Source: Tubulanus polymorphus (lineage: Eukaryota > Animalia > Nemertea). Taken from it: 64,000 nucleotides of DNA. The number at the start of each line of letters is the position of its first letter. Within the stretch, counting starts at the first letter, position 1. The stretch is from assembly GCF_964204645.1 (NCBI RefSeq), contig NC_134036.1, forward strand, positions 2,852,001-2,916,000. The letters run 5' to 3'. Below the pieces are notes generated by a model that did not search any database, was not told the origin of the DNA, and saw nothing but the letters and a program-made list of their open reading frames with translations. Positions 12,055-24,500 of this stretch are shown here, in pieces. Position numbers and translations under genes: made by a program.

Positions 12055-13128
12055 ATGTTTAATGGAACAACCACTCTAGATCCACGAGTTGATATGTGCA
12101 AATCGTGGCTCGGTAGGCCTTACCGATGGGACTTTAAATTGGGCGTCTACACCTATCTATTTTTTTATGGGGCATCGTCAATTTGTGGTATCACCTTCAA
12201 TGGTTTTACTATTTACGTGTTAGGAAAGTTGATAAACAACAGTTATTACCTTGTGAAAGTTCTGGCAATTCTTGACCTCTTGTACTGCGTGGCGGTGTTT
12301 GTGCTGTACCCCTTAAGAATGACCCACGTGTTTATCGTGTTGGGCGAGGTGGCGTTTCACCAAGACGACTGGATCTTCGGGAACGAGTATATCAGCGTAT
12401 CGGTCGCCATGTTCTACATGTTTCAGATGAGTCGTAATTGGGGCGTTGTTTTGATCAGCATCGAACGATTTATCATCGTTGTTTTCCCGTTAAAATCGCG
12501 AATGTTTTGGACGAGAAAAATAGTTAACTTAATAATTCTTTTCATAAATACTTCGTCATTTATGTTTTATCTACCACATCTATTTCCAGCCAGGTATTTT
12601 CGAATATTTTCTTGTAAAGGCAGTCAATTGTCCACTCTTACCGAACTAGGCACGATTCGTATAGATTATGGTACCCGTGTTTTGCGATATTGGCGAATAT
12701 TGATAACGAATAAAGTGGCTTCGTTTTTCTCTGTATTGATGCCCATATTTTCGTTGATTTTTCTGAACGGGATTCTAATTTCGGTTTTGTTTATACAGAA
12801 GGTTCGACGCCAAACGATCATTGGTGATAATTCGTCCACAAATACGTCAACTGAAGTTCAAGTTTTGCGCATGTCGTTCATCTTAGTTTTCATATTCATC
12901 ATTTTTGAATCCCCGATATTTGTCGAAAAATTATCATTAATAAAATTACTTGGATTTAGTTTTCTACGTATAAAAGGGATAGCTGACAATCATTCGTCTA
13001 TGCTGATTAGAAAGATGGCCATCGGTCTAACTGTCGTAGATTCTTGTGCTAACTTCTTTGCGTATTGTGCTACATATTCGAAATTCAGACTGAAAGTTCA
13101 AGAGTTATTGCGACGATGGTGTGAATAA
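12055..13128 (+). CDS. Intronless class A (rhodopsin-like) GPCR, FMRFamide-receptor-like/invertebrate orphan peptide- or chemoreceptor type, 357 aa
   Basis: Seven hydrophobic segments, N-terminal NGT sequon, TM2 LAILDLL, TM3 SIERFIIVVFPL, TM5 LMPIFSLIFLN and TM7 DSCANFFAYCATYSKFR. The first in-frame ATG is at 12055; the track start at 12028 is GTG. Confidence 0.88.
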   Translation: MFNGTTTLDPRVDMCKSWLGRPYRWDFKLGVYTYLFFYGASSICGITFNGFTIYVLGKLINNSYYLVKVLAILDLLYCVAVFVLYPLRMTHVFIVLGEVAFHQDDWIFGNEYISVSVAMFYMFQMSRNWGVVLISIERFIIVVFPLKSRMFWTRKIVNLIILFINTSSFMFYLPHLFPARYFRIFSCKGSQLSTLTELGTIRIDYGTRVLRYWRILITNKVASFFSVLMPIFSLIFLNGILISVLFIQKVRRQTIIGDNSSTNTSTEVQVLRMSFILVFIFIIFESPIFVEKLSLIKLLGFSFLRIKGIADNHSSMLIRKMAIGLTVVDSCANFFAYCATYSKFRLKVQELLRRWCE

Positions 13129-13229
13129 GTAACATACACAGAGTTCTCACAAGCTTTAAGATTTATCACTCATTCACTCTGATCGAAATGATTTTTTGGG
13201 GGGTATGGTTGGTAGACCCGGACGTTTGT

Positions 13230-13560
13230 TCGAGGATGAAATGTTGAAATGCAATGATAAGCCATACATGGCTGGGCACTAGCAGCGTTATTATGAATGG
13301 CCATGAAAATTTGTGTCGACCCAAATTGAAGGTGTGAACTGCATCTCTATTGATAAATGACCAGCTGTCAGATGATTTAGAATTAATCTAAAATCACCAA
13401 ATCACCGGATTTCGCTCCATGTGATATTTTCCTGTTCGGAAGGAACTGAAAAAAACCCCAAGGTAATCGAAACATCACCAGCAGAAATCGAAAACTTTAT
13501 TGTCGGAAGTCAAAGAATTTTTGAGAAATACTGAATCTGATGTGTCAAATTCGACGTCGA
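13230..13560 (+). mobile_element. Decayed mariner-type transposase fragment
   Basis: 13402-13440 translates to SPDFAPCDIFLFG, followed after a frameshift by LKK. This matches the mariner YSPDLAPxD(F/Y)xLFxxLK motif around the third catalytic Asp. Flanks are disrupted and limits are approximate. Confidence 0.55.
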
Positions 13561-13928
13561 GCTCAACTGTGGTCAAAATGTTTATGATATTGAACAAGAA
13601 GCTTAAGCGAAGTTGAATTCAGTAAAACGCGGAACTGGACGCTGATGTGTTCCTCGCACCGCGGATACAACGGCGCCTCCTATTAAGCACTTTGAAAACA
13701 TCCACTGACGAATCATAAACAGTTAAAAATCCGATCATTGATTTATTTACTCGCGGTTTTATAGAATCTAATTATAACACGAGATTTGACGACTGAGTAA
13801 CAAATATTAATTAATTTTGAGACTCTTCATAGTCATTCAGTCGGTAACCTGACTGTGGTTCAGTTTCATAATCGGATAGTTACCAAACACCACAAGTATA
13901 TCCGATTATAAACTCTATCACCAATGAT

Positions 13929-14487
13929 TCAAGAACAAACTACTTTACAAGGTTTGCCGCTACAACACTTCGAGGCACCACCGAGACACATCATACCCTT
14001 GGTCGTGCAGCCTATATAAAAAAAAACATGAAAAGGTAAGTTGAATTCAGAAGTAAAACACAATTATTTTACCAGTCTATAATACCTATAATACCGGGCC
14101 CAACAAATATCGATCTTTCAAAATGTCATAACATCGACGGTGCTTGGTTTCGTACGTGTTTACAATTAGGCTTCGGATTATCCTACCCCCCCCCCCCCCC
14201 AATTCATAATGCCTGGATTCACTGCACAGATGATGCCATGTCAACCAATCAGACACAAAAGAATGTTCTACAGGAAATACATGTGTGTAAGAACAATATT
14301 ATGAGCGTCAATGATTTTTTGTCAGGATATAGGTTTTATCTCTGAAATGCTTAAAAATTGATCCGTTCAATCGATAATCTAAGTAGATTAATCATTGTCT
14401 CAGCCGCTACTCACCTGCAGCAAATGACGCGGCACTGGCCACAATCACAACAACAGCGCATACGCGAGTCACTAAATAAGCCATCAT
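13929..14487 (-). CDS. Secreted ICK/knottin peptide 3 (exons 14487-14415, 14011-13929), 51 aa: MMAYLVTRVCAVVVIVASAASFAA-GCTTKGMMCLGGASKCCSGKPCKVVCS
   Basis: Same exon layout and splice sites with an in-frame join. Spacing is C-x6-C-x6-CC-x4-C-x3-C. Not present in the ORF track. Confidence 0.85.
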
Positions 14488-14944
14488 TTTAAACGCCTAG
14501 ACTTAAAATGAATATAATAGCAATGTACAGTCTACAATAGGCTCTCATTTTATCAGTTGATTTACCAGGTTTAAAGAAATAGTGCCGTTTCAGAAAAAGA
14601 GCAATTGCTTGGAGATACGGTGTAAAAAGCAGCGATAACGGGTTTTCTGCATTGCTTGCTTGAATATCGTACTATGAAGCGTAGTTTCGTCAAAATTAAT
14701 TGCATCAATTCGAAATGGTGAGAATAAAAGTAATGGTATATATAAAACACCCTTAAAGAATATACTACTATACAAGACAGCATGATTAGATTAGTGACAC
14801 GTAGCGAACAATCGTTCCTCATCTCAGTTATAAGAAAATTATGGTTATGAATTTAATGACGATCAAATCAAAATAGCCATCGGTTGATATCTTGAAATAC
14901 TTTGAATTGAAGGTTTGGTTGCTGCATTCAATATAGGAACCCTT

Positions 14945-15385
14945 ATGTAGAAAATTCGCCCATCAATTTTACACTTCAGACATTTCATACACTATTTACT
15001 TTTCTATTCAGGTTTTTCAAATTGCTGCGTGTTAACTTCAATACTTGAATCAAGAGTTCAGTAATTGAATCCAGAATGGGAACCGGTGAAAAACGAAACT
15101 ATTGTCTGATATTTTATTTTACTGAGGATTCAGGAACTGTGGAACTGGGTACAAGTCGAATAGAACCCACACAGCTGTTGCCACATCCTGGAAGTTCTTT
15201 TTTTTTGTATAGAAAATTCGCCCATCAATTTTACACTCAAGACATTCAACAGACTAGTAACTTTTCAATTCAGGTTTTTCAAATTGCTGCGTGTTAACTT
15301 CAGTACTTGAATCAAGCGTTCAGTAATTGAATCCAGAGTGGAAACCACTGAAATACGAAGCTATTGTGCGATATATTTATTTTTA
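14945..15385. repeat. Local ~180-bp direct duplication upstream of knottin 3
   Basis: TAGAAAATTCGCCCATCAATTTTACACT...TTCAGGTTTTTCAAATTGCTGCGTGTTAACTTCA...GTAATTGAATCCAGA occurs at ~14948 and ~15210. Confidence 0.7.
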
Positions 15386-16057
15386 ACTGAAAAGTAAAAG
15401 TAATTAATATCCGATAATGTCTAGTTAAACTATAAAGAACGTATTCATCCATGCAAAATTAAACCCGAAAACTGTGGCCACTCGGTCCAGAAGACAAAAT
15501 AAACCCAGATAACTTTGGAACTGGGTTCCAAGAAAACTGTGAAACTAAATTCAGAGTCAAATGAAATCCACAGAAGTGTGGAACTGGATGCATCAAATTA
15601 ACGAAAACTGTGAAACTGGATTCAGATTTCAGTTAGATTATGTAAATTACTGTGGATTTTGGTTTATGGTCGCATTAAATCAGAATCTACAAGCTGTCTA
15701 ATTAATAAGCAATTATCTAGATAATTGCTCATTGAGCAAATCGACCTCATACGTTTCTTACTTTATAGACGTTATATACGCTGGCTGATGTACCACACGT
15801 TGATTGTATCACACTAGGATCGTCAAGCGCCGGAGATCTCTGTGGAGACAACCACTGCCAGGACTTGGGTGAGCCTGGCTTTGGAAAGTAACACACACAC
15901 AGTGGTTAAATTTACCGATCATATTGTGTCAGAATCAACCAAGATCTCCAGGGCCCGGTTTTATAGACTGGTATTACCTTTAACCCGGAGGCTAATTTTG
16001 TGTGTGACTAACCTAATATTATAGGCTGGCTTGTCTATCGAGATGACACGTAAATAA

Positions 16058-16171
<114 letters not shown>

Positions 16172-16210
16172 ACGTTTAACAACACTAAATGTAAAATCGA
16201 CGATGTTAAG

Positions 16211-16501
16211 CAGGGGAGGATCTAGCTTTTCAGAGAAAGGGGATGTGCGCACTATACCCACTTGGGTCACTACTTACACATCGGGGGTCTGGGGACGCTC
16301 CTTCAGAATATAATTTTGAAAAATTAGACGCATTTAGGTGGATTCAGTCTGAGCACTTTCCTGGTTGAAATAAGGAATGAAATATGTTCACAATTTCACT
16401 ATTTTCTAAGAAAATAACTTAGGTAGAAAATTCCAAGGTTATTCGGCTGAAAAAATTGGTGTGCGCGTGCACCCCCCCCCCCCCCGTTACATCCGCTACT
16501 T
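16211..16501. mobile_element. Non-autonomous DNA-transposon (MITE) remnant
   Basis: Ends are CAGGGGAGGATCTAG and poly-C..ACATCCGCTACT, with internal GGGGGTCTGGGG...AATTTTGAAAA. This resembles common invertebrate CAGGGGCGGATC-type elements. No target-site duplication was seen. Confidence 0.45.
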
Positions 16502-16916
16502 CGACTAAATTTCTTCACGCGATATTTAAGATGAAAAAGTAAGTTTATGTCGTCTGATGTTTGACTCTAATTACAACATACAAAGCAACATCAAGAAAAT
16601 ATAAAATATTTCTCAGCACAAGATTACACTATGTCAAAATGATAAAGACGATTCAAGCCTAAAACTATTTAAACTGGATTCAAGTGAGGAGTTGAAATCT
16701 AAAGAACGTTTTCTCGTCAATGGTTCCTGATCGTCGACTTTTGGATTTTTTATATAACAACCCAGCGGCGGTTTAAGCGGGCATTTTCAGGGTGATATAG
16801 ATATCATCTATCATTCGGGCGACTGCACGCAATGTGAAAATAATCTATTCTAAGCTGTTATTTCTTTCTCAGTAATTTGATCGATTTTTCTGTGCGAAGT
16901 TGAGAGTTGTCAGTAG

Positions 16917-17102
16917 ATGCCATTAAACGAAGCAGTCGTCGCAGCCGCTCCACTGGTCGATCTTTTGCAAACAGTTGCTGAGATTGCCTTACCGATGGGA
17001 CCTTAAATTCAGCGTTTACATCTATCTATTCTTTTATGGTCCAACGTCAATTTTTTGTATCACCTTGAACGGTTTTACCATTTATGTGTTAGGAAAACTA
17101 AA
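16917..17102 (+). pseudogene. Frameshifted, 3'-truncated GPCR paralogue (N-terminus through TM1)
   Basis: MPLNEAVVAAAPLVDL[+1 fs]CKQLLRLPYRWDLKFSVYIYLFFYGPTSIFCITLNGFTIYVLGKL aligns with the intact CKSWLGRPYRWDFKLGVYTYLFFYGASSICGITFNGFTIYVLGKL. Confidence 0.8.
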
Positions 17103-18582
17103 CAAGAAAATTAATTTTGATAAATTATTTGACGCCTGCGAAAAAAATGTAGAATTTCTGGGATAATCTAATGTGGAATTGCAATTTTGAAATCGAAGTT
17201 TTAAGAAATTTGGGGAATTATGAGATTTGGCAATTGAGTAGCCCCGATACGGTCTTCGACTGTACTGAGTTTTGGTTTAATATTTCATCGAAAATCGTCA
17301 ATGCAACTTCATTGTCTCCATGGTTGAGGAAAGAGCTCTTCTGATGTCTGCTTCATCATGACTTCGAGCATATCGTGTGGCCTAGCCAGCCGGCCCGGTC
17401 TCCGGGACCGTTGGCTGTCACTCGGTATCCTATCCTGAGTCTGGGTTGAAGTAGGCAGTCATTTAAAATAACTTGTTTATATTATTCTGTATGAATTACC
17501 CGTGTGTCTTATATGTTGTATTTTCTTATTTCAAAATTAACCTTATTGAATTTGGGGATTTTATCCCGGAATTTCAATGTATTAAGGATCAATAAAAAAT
17601 TTAATTGAATTGTTACCTAATACACATGCCATCAGAGGACGCGGAGCCGTATATGACAGCTATGCTATTATACATTGATAATCTCACGAAACCTACATAC
17701 CCCTAATATCGAACATATTTCAAAACATTTGAATATTGAGATTATACATTTACACATTTTTATATGGACCGCTTGTAGCCGCTGATAAAATTCACGCCGG
17801 CCCTACACAGATTGTAAATTTAGATAGCTTCGTCATTCCACCAGCATCCCCATGTCAGGGTCTGACTTTTATCAGACTTCCGTATCGTGTATACATCCGC
17901 CATTTAACCGAATAATCCGATTTACTTATCACTTCTATTTATGTCAGCCGCTTCTGATATAATCATACATCCATTACTATTACAATACGTCTTCTAATGA
18001 TATTCAATGCAATATAACATTTCGACGTTCAAAAAGCGGTCATTGTATAATCACAGGGAGCCATTCGGTCAACAATATTTTGCCAAATAGCTTGTATGTG
18101 TACACATAGACCTGTGACGTTCTGCACATCGATTTACGGTTGTCGTTTGTAAAATGACGCTGAATGGTTAACATTGTTTCGGTTTCATAATGGTAACGTT
18201 TTATAAATAAAACCAAAATATGCCCCTCGATCTGAGATGAAATTCAGTTGCCTAGTATGATTCATGACTTATGATTCACAATAAACATAAGCAGATAAAC
18301 AGGACCACAATTTACAACTTGCAATAATTGGCTGTAGTGCTCATGTCGCGGGGATAATTCCAGATAGAACGAGTCAGTGGGCGGTTATTGTAACGCTTGA
18401 TTCCGTGCCGGATTCCGAATCCGATTCCTTTCTTTATTCTATTCCCTGCGCATACTCGACAGTGTACACTACATACAGTATAGGCCTAGTGTGGAGCCAG
18501 TAGTTCGCAATTTGTGTTGTTTACATTGTGGATTAATACTGTGGCGAGAGGATTAGGATAAGGATGGATTAACGCGTTTAAA

Positions 18583-21500
18583 ATGTCTTTACATTTACCC
18601 CCAGGAGGGAGTGTGGGTCAGTCGCCCCCGGGATTAGCGCGAGGGTCCAGCAGTAGTGGTAGTGATTCGAGCTCAACAGCTGAAGAAGAAAGACTAAGGA
18701 GATTATTCGTTAGCTGTGATCATGATGGAGATGGCTACATTGATGGGTAAGGAGGCAAGGGCTGAATATGGGGTTGCGATGTATCAGGTGCGATATTAAT
18801 TGTACATAGCCTAAACATTTTGCAAGATACCACAGAGTTTAGTTAAGCAGTTTCTAATATTGACTGAACATTAACTTTACTTTGGTCTTGGACCAAGTCT
18901 TGGTCTTGGTGTGGACTGTATATGAACTTAATTTCTCTATACAAATTTGCACAAACTCGCTATAAAATGTTTTTCAAAGTTGTATTTTTAGCGCTTTGTA
19001 ATGTTGTTAAACATATATTTTAGGCTTACCAGTAGGCCTAAGTGGTAGGCCCTTTTGCATGCTTGTGAGCCTACAACTGCCATAAAGTATCTTAGCTTAG
19101 TTACCTTACCTATTAGTCTGAATACCAGTCGTACGGGTTCCCTACAGGTTGTTTGTAGAACGACGGCTAGGTACTAGACTACTTAACTATAGGCCCTACC
19201 TTAATTGTTCCTTTAGTAGTACAGTTATATCATCGATGCAGACTATGGCCCATACAGCTGAGATAACATGAAGGAACAGATCAAAATGGATTCCTAGAAA
19301 AATACAATCAATCAAAATAATTCTCTTCTAAGAAACATTATCCCAACAATGGCGTTGGACAAGTATTTTCTAAATTTGTTCGGCCTGACAAACTTCCTTC
19401 AATTGAATATTTTGGCCTATTGGTCAGTCAGTTATTCCTTTTAACTCATTGAATTCGAATCTTTGGCCTAGGCTAATGGTCAGTCAGTTATTTCTTTTCT
19501 AACTTATTGAATTTAGAATCTTTGGCCTATTGGTCAGTCAGTTTTTTTTAACTCATTGAATTGAATATTTGGCTTATCGGTCAGTTGGCCTAATGGCAAG
19601 TCAATTATTATTTTTTGTTCGACAGCCCAAATTCAATAATCAAATCTTTGGCCTATTGACAAGGCAGTTGTTTATTTATTTCATTTCATTCAAATTGAAT
19701 ATGTAGATATTGGCAAGGCTGTTGTTTTTTTTCAAAATTATTCAATTCAATCTTTGGCCTAATGACAAGTCATTTATTGTTTTTTTGTAACTTGTTGAAT
19801 TGATTAGTCAGGCCTTTTTTCTAACTTCTCGATTTGAATCCTTGTCTATTGATTGTTTTTTTTTTAAATAAACTTCATGAATCATTTTCGTTCGCTTACC
19901 TTGTTTTTTTTTTTAATTTGATTTCAATCGATGTTTTCCCACTTAATTCTTAACGAAATATAAAAGAATTTTTCTCCATCCTTATTTCAGGAAAGATCTG
20001 GTCGTTATGTGCCAGCGACTCAACATGGCCGACGTCGTCGACGCGCTGCGCCACGAACTCGGGATGTACAACGAAGGCGGCGTCATTTCGTTCGAAGAGT
20101 TTATTAAATGCCGACGGAAACTGATGGCGGAAATCGCTCAGGTTAAAGATCAGTTGATCTGCGACCCGACCGACGACGTCGTTATCGTCTCCGGCGGCGA
20201 TGGTGGTGGAATGCACGATATCGGCAGCGATGCGCGTCGAATGATGGCCTGGCAAAATAGCAGTGATAATAGTTTAGGTGAGTCTGTCAAAGTGACTCGA
20301 GATGGGGCTGAGGGGCCCAAGCAGTTTATGCACGTTAGGAATAAATGATGTGGAGTCGTTTTAGCCACACTGCTAGTTTTTCAAGTTTGCAAAAATGAGA
20401 ATCAAATTCAGGCCTATCGAAAAATGATAGTTTCTAAGAGAGATGGAGAGAAACTTGAGAGTCTAGAAAGTTCCTTCAGGAAATTAATGAAACAGTTTTG
20501 CCTTGTATTGACACAAACACACACCTGTCAATTTTCACATTTCAAATGCATGGAATAAAGAGTAAAAACAAAACAATCGTCAGGGTTCACAGTTTTGGTA
20601 AAAAGTATGTAGGTCTGTCGGCCCTATTTGGTTTTTGTTTTGGTCCCAATAGATAGTTATAAGGCTTCCTCTGAAAAGTTCCTCTGAAAACTAAAACTTT
20701 TTGATTTGGTAGAAATGACAATTTTATAGATAATATTCATTCAATATTTGTGTGAGCTAGTTTTATTTTGATGAATGAGCTACTCATTGGGATACGCTGT
20801 GTTATATTGTGTGTGTGGACTTCAGAAAATTGATGCACCATAAATATTTGGGAAATTGGTAATAGAATTTTTGGTTAATATTTCATTGAAATATTCATGA
20901 AATCCTGTGCGTGTGTTGAGAATGAGCTAAATCTGTATGTTTTAATAATTTTGGTGACCTATATCGACTTGTTTATCATAAAATAATGATGCACTCAGTT
21001 CAGAAAAGCAAATCCTGTAAAATGGAGAAATTGAAATTTCCACCTACCTGGCCTTGCTTGCAATCTTCTGCCAATTCTACCTTGACCTTGGTTCGCCAGC
21101 CACGTTTCAAGAGGGTCGTTTCAAAAACTGAATTTTTGGTTAATATATATTTCATTGAAATATTCATGAAATCCTGTGCGTGTGTTGAGAATGAGCTAAA
21201 TCTGTATGTTTTAATAATTTTGGTGACCTATATCGACTTGTTTATCATAAAATAATGATGCACTCAGTTCAGAAAAGCAAATCCTGTAAAATGGAGAAAT
21301 TGAAATTTCCACCTACCTGGCCTTGCTTGCAATCTTCTGCCAATTCTACATTGACCTTGGTTTCGCTAGCCACGTTTCAAGAGAGGCGTTTCAAAAACTG
21401 CCTTTCCAATTTAATTAGTTTATTCATTAATCTTTTAACAAAATACTGAATTATACAAGAAATACTGAAATATTTCATTTCTAGGCTACAAGTTTTACCG

Positions 21501-24500
21501 AGTTTGTAACAACATGTTTTCTAAAACTATCTCTCTTCGCAGCAAATTCCGGATACGGCTACGACAGCGGAACGCAGGATATGGGACCCGACCCGCCGTC
21601 GTTACATCGTCTCCTAGAAACGCACGAACCCGATTGTTACAAAAAATTTATCAACGACGCGATGGCCAGCAACTGTTTGGAAGTCGCAAACTCGGTAAGT
21701 GTACCACTATTTCAAAGGCTACAAATTTAAATCAGAATAAACTGCAAAACTTGTTCATAGTATAGAAATGGGCTTTAAAACTATTCCTGATTGAAAAAAT
21801 GTATCTAAAGAGTTAGTATTTCGGTATCAGTCTAGTTCGTTACTTACCTAATCATTGGTGGTAAGCTTTTTATAATCGGATGGGCTTATACCAACCTTGT
21901 ATATGTGGGCTTATATATATGGTTTGTGAAAATGTCTGATCGTGAAACTAAACCACAGACAGGTTACTGACTGCAGTCTGTAGTAAGTAGAACTTAAATT
22001 ATTGAATTTCAAAAATATTCATATTGATTTAATTCTCATCGTCGAAACATCAATATTTCAAGTGGAGTGTGTTTAGCATTCGGCCAGCTGTTATCTAGTC
22101 AGGGTTGGGGGTTTCAAAACCTAAACAAGTGTTGAAAGATGTTTTCACTACCGAATTCTTATCGGTGTTGAATGATGTTTTCACCAATAACAACAAATTC
22201 ATAGGCCTATAGAAATTCTCCCTTATTATGGCGAATAAAAAAGCAAACGTATGTAATAAGTTAATAATTAGTAAGTAATGTATGCTTGATTCCAATAAAA
22301 GTTCAACCTGAAAAATTTCCCTCACAAAATCACCCTACAAACGTGCTCGAATCACGTTTTCCCTTTTTTGTTCATTGCTCTGAGTATATGGCTGAGCTTT
22401 ATGGTTGAATACGATTTCATTATCAGAATTTTCTTTTCATCTCGTGTAATAATTCATGTTTTATGGCGTAATTTGTATGTTTGATGCAGTGTTTTATTGT
22501 CTAGTTAAACGTCGATTAGCAACTCACGACTAGAAATATTGTCCCAAACCTATCATAATTTAGCCATCAGAGACATCCAATATGATGTCTTCTTTAATGT
22601 AACTATTTTCGAGTCTATTGGGATCCAGGGAGATCGTATGGAAGCTCAACAGACTTGAGCCTGTGCACGGGATTAGTCACCATCTGTTGAAATACGTGTA
22701 CCTACTCTTTACACCATGACTCATACCACTCTAACGATGCGAGATTATGATGATGATTGTGATGGTAGTATAGCGTCTACCAGTTGCTGCAGTGAATGTA
22801 GCTTTTCAGGAAGCTGGAGAAGATACATTGTTGCCAAATCATGACCGAAAAAAAACCAATAGACTCAGACCCTTTCTTCGATAATTTTTGTAAATTCATT
22901 CTGGAGTCACTACACCTGATGATAGCTGATATTCTTTAACGTTGCTCGAAATATATAGGCCTATTCGTTTCTATTCTATTCAAGAACTTTTCATCTTTGG
23001 CTGAATCATTGTGGGGTTTGTCGTATATTCATCTTACAACATGGATATTGTGTATTTTCTTGAGACTGATAGGGATTTAGGATTTTTGCAATATGCATGG
23101 TGGGATCCGAGAAAAGAAGAAGTGAAAGAAAATGTGAAGGCTTCCTAGCAGTCACGACTCCAAATCCTTGCAAAACTTGGATAGAAATGAATATGCAATT
23201 TCCTGAAATCCTTAAGAAACCTTGATAGAAATATGCAGTTTCTGCAGCAGAGTTCAATGGAAAATGGACATTAACTCCATTATTAATTGCTGTAACCAGG
23301 AACATTGTCGATGATGAGGCAGCTCGATATGATTCATAGACCACATTCATCTTTTTGTTAATTCTGTTAGGCCACAATCGTTTCTTATTGGCACAAACTA
23401 TATACATTATCGTTAGGCTTAGGTCACATTAATTTCTATTTGGTTCAGGCCTCATTTCTTTTTGTACAAACTACATCAATTTCTGTAGTAAAGCCACTTT
23501 TCATTTCTATTGGACACAGATTACATAATTTTTGCTATACAGCATAGGCCTAATTATCTTTTTAGGTACAGACCATATCATATAGAGAATATTTACTTTG
23601 ATTGGACACGACTATTCACCTTTTAGCACAGATTGCATTTTTTTTGCTAGGCCATAATGTGATTCATTTGGCGCTGATTCTCTTGGCTTCAATTTATTCA
23701 TTCAGGCACAGACTACATTGATTTCATCTTTTTAGGCCCAGACCATATCAATTTCTGCTTGGTTATAATTATTTCATTTAGGCACAGACGGCATCAATTT
23801 CTAAATCATGTTTTTTACGGACAGACTATATTTCTATTAGGTGATAATCATTTCTTTTTAGGCACACTCTATAATTTTTGCTAGGCCAAAATCATTGCAT
23901 CAAGGCACACAGCTCACTATCCTGAAAATAATTTGAAAATAGGGGTAAAAAAGTTCAGAGTTAATTCACGTGACAAACTAGATATCCTCAATCCATCTGC
24001 CATTTCCCGAGACAAACTTTTTACACTATCACTCGCCTTACCATTTTATGGTTCTTCTCGCCACTGATTGACTATATCTTGAAAAACGGCTATTACATGT
24101 ATTTATTGTGGTTACCAGCAATAATTAGTTTTACAATGAAAGTCTAGATTTTGATAGTTCAAAAAATTCAAAAATACCCGATTAAAGAATTATTAATGCT
24201 TTTACTGTTCGTCTTTACTTGGCAGTACAATATTATGTTAATAAACACACATTATATAAGAATGTGACAAATACAAGATTATATAGGTTGGAATTGAGTT
24301 ACAAAGTTCAAAGATGCCGGGTTAAGAAAATTATGAACGCTTTTACGGTCCATATCTCTCTACCAGGCGGATATTCCTATCGTTTTGCTAGACAGGAATA
24401 GGAAACTTGAATTTAGGCCTATGAGTTGGTACGCAAGCTGCGTTATAGAGTAGTTCGAGTAAATTGTGGATTCTTAATGGAATGAGTCGATGAGGAGAGA

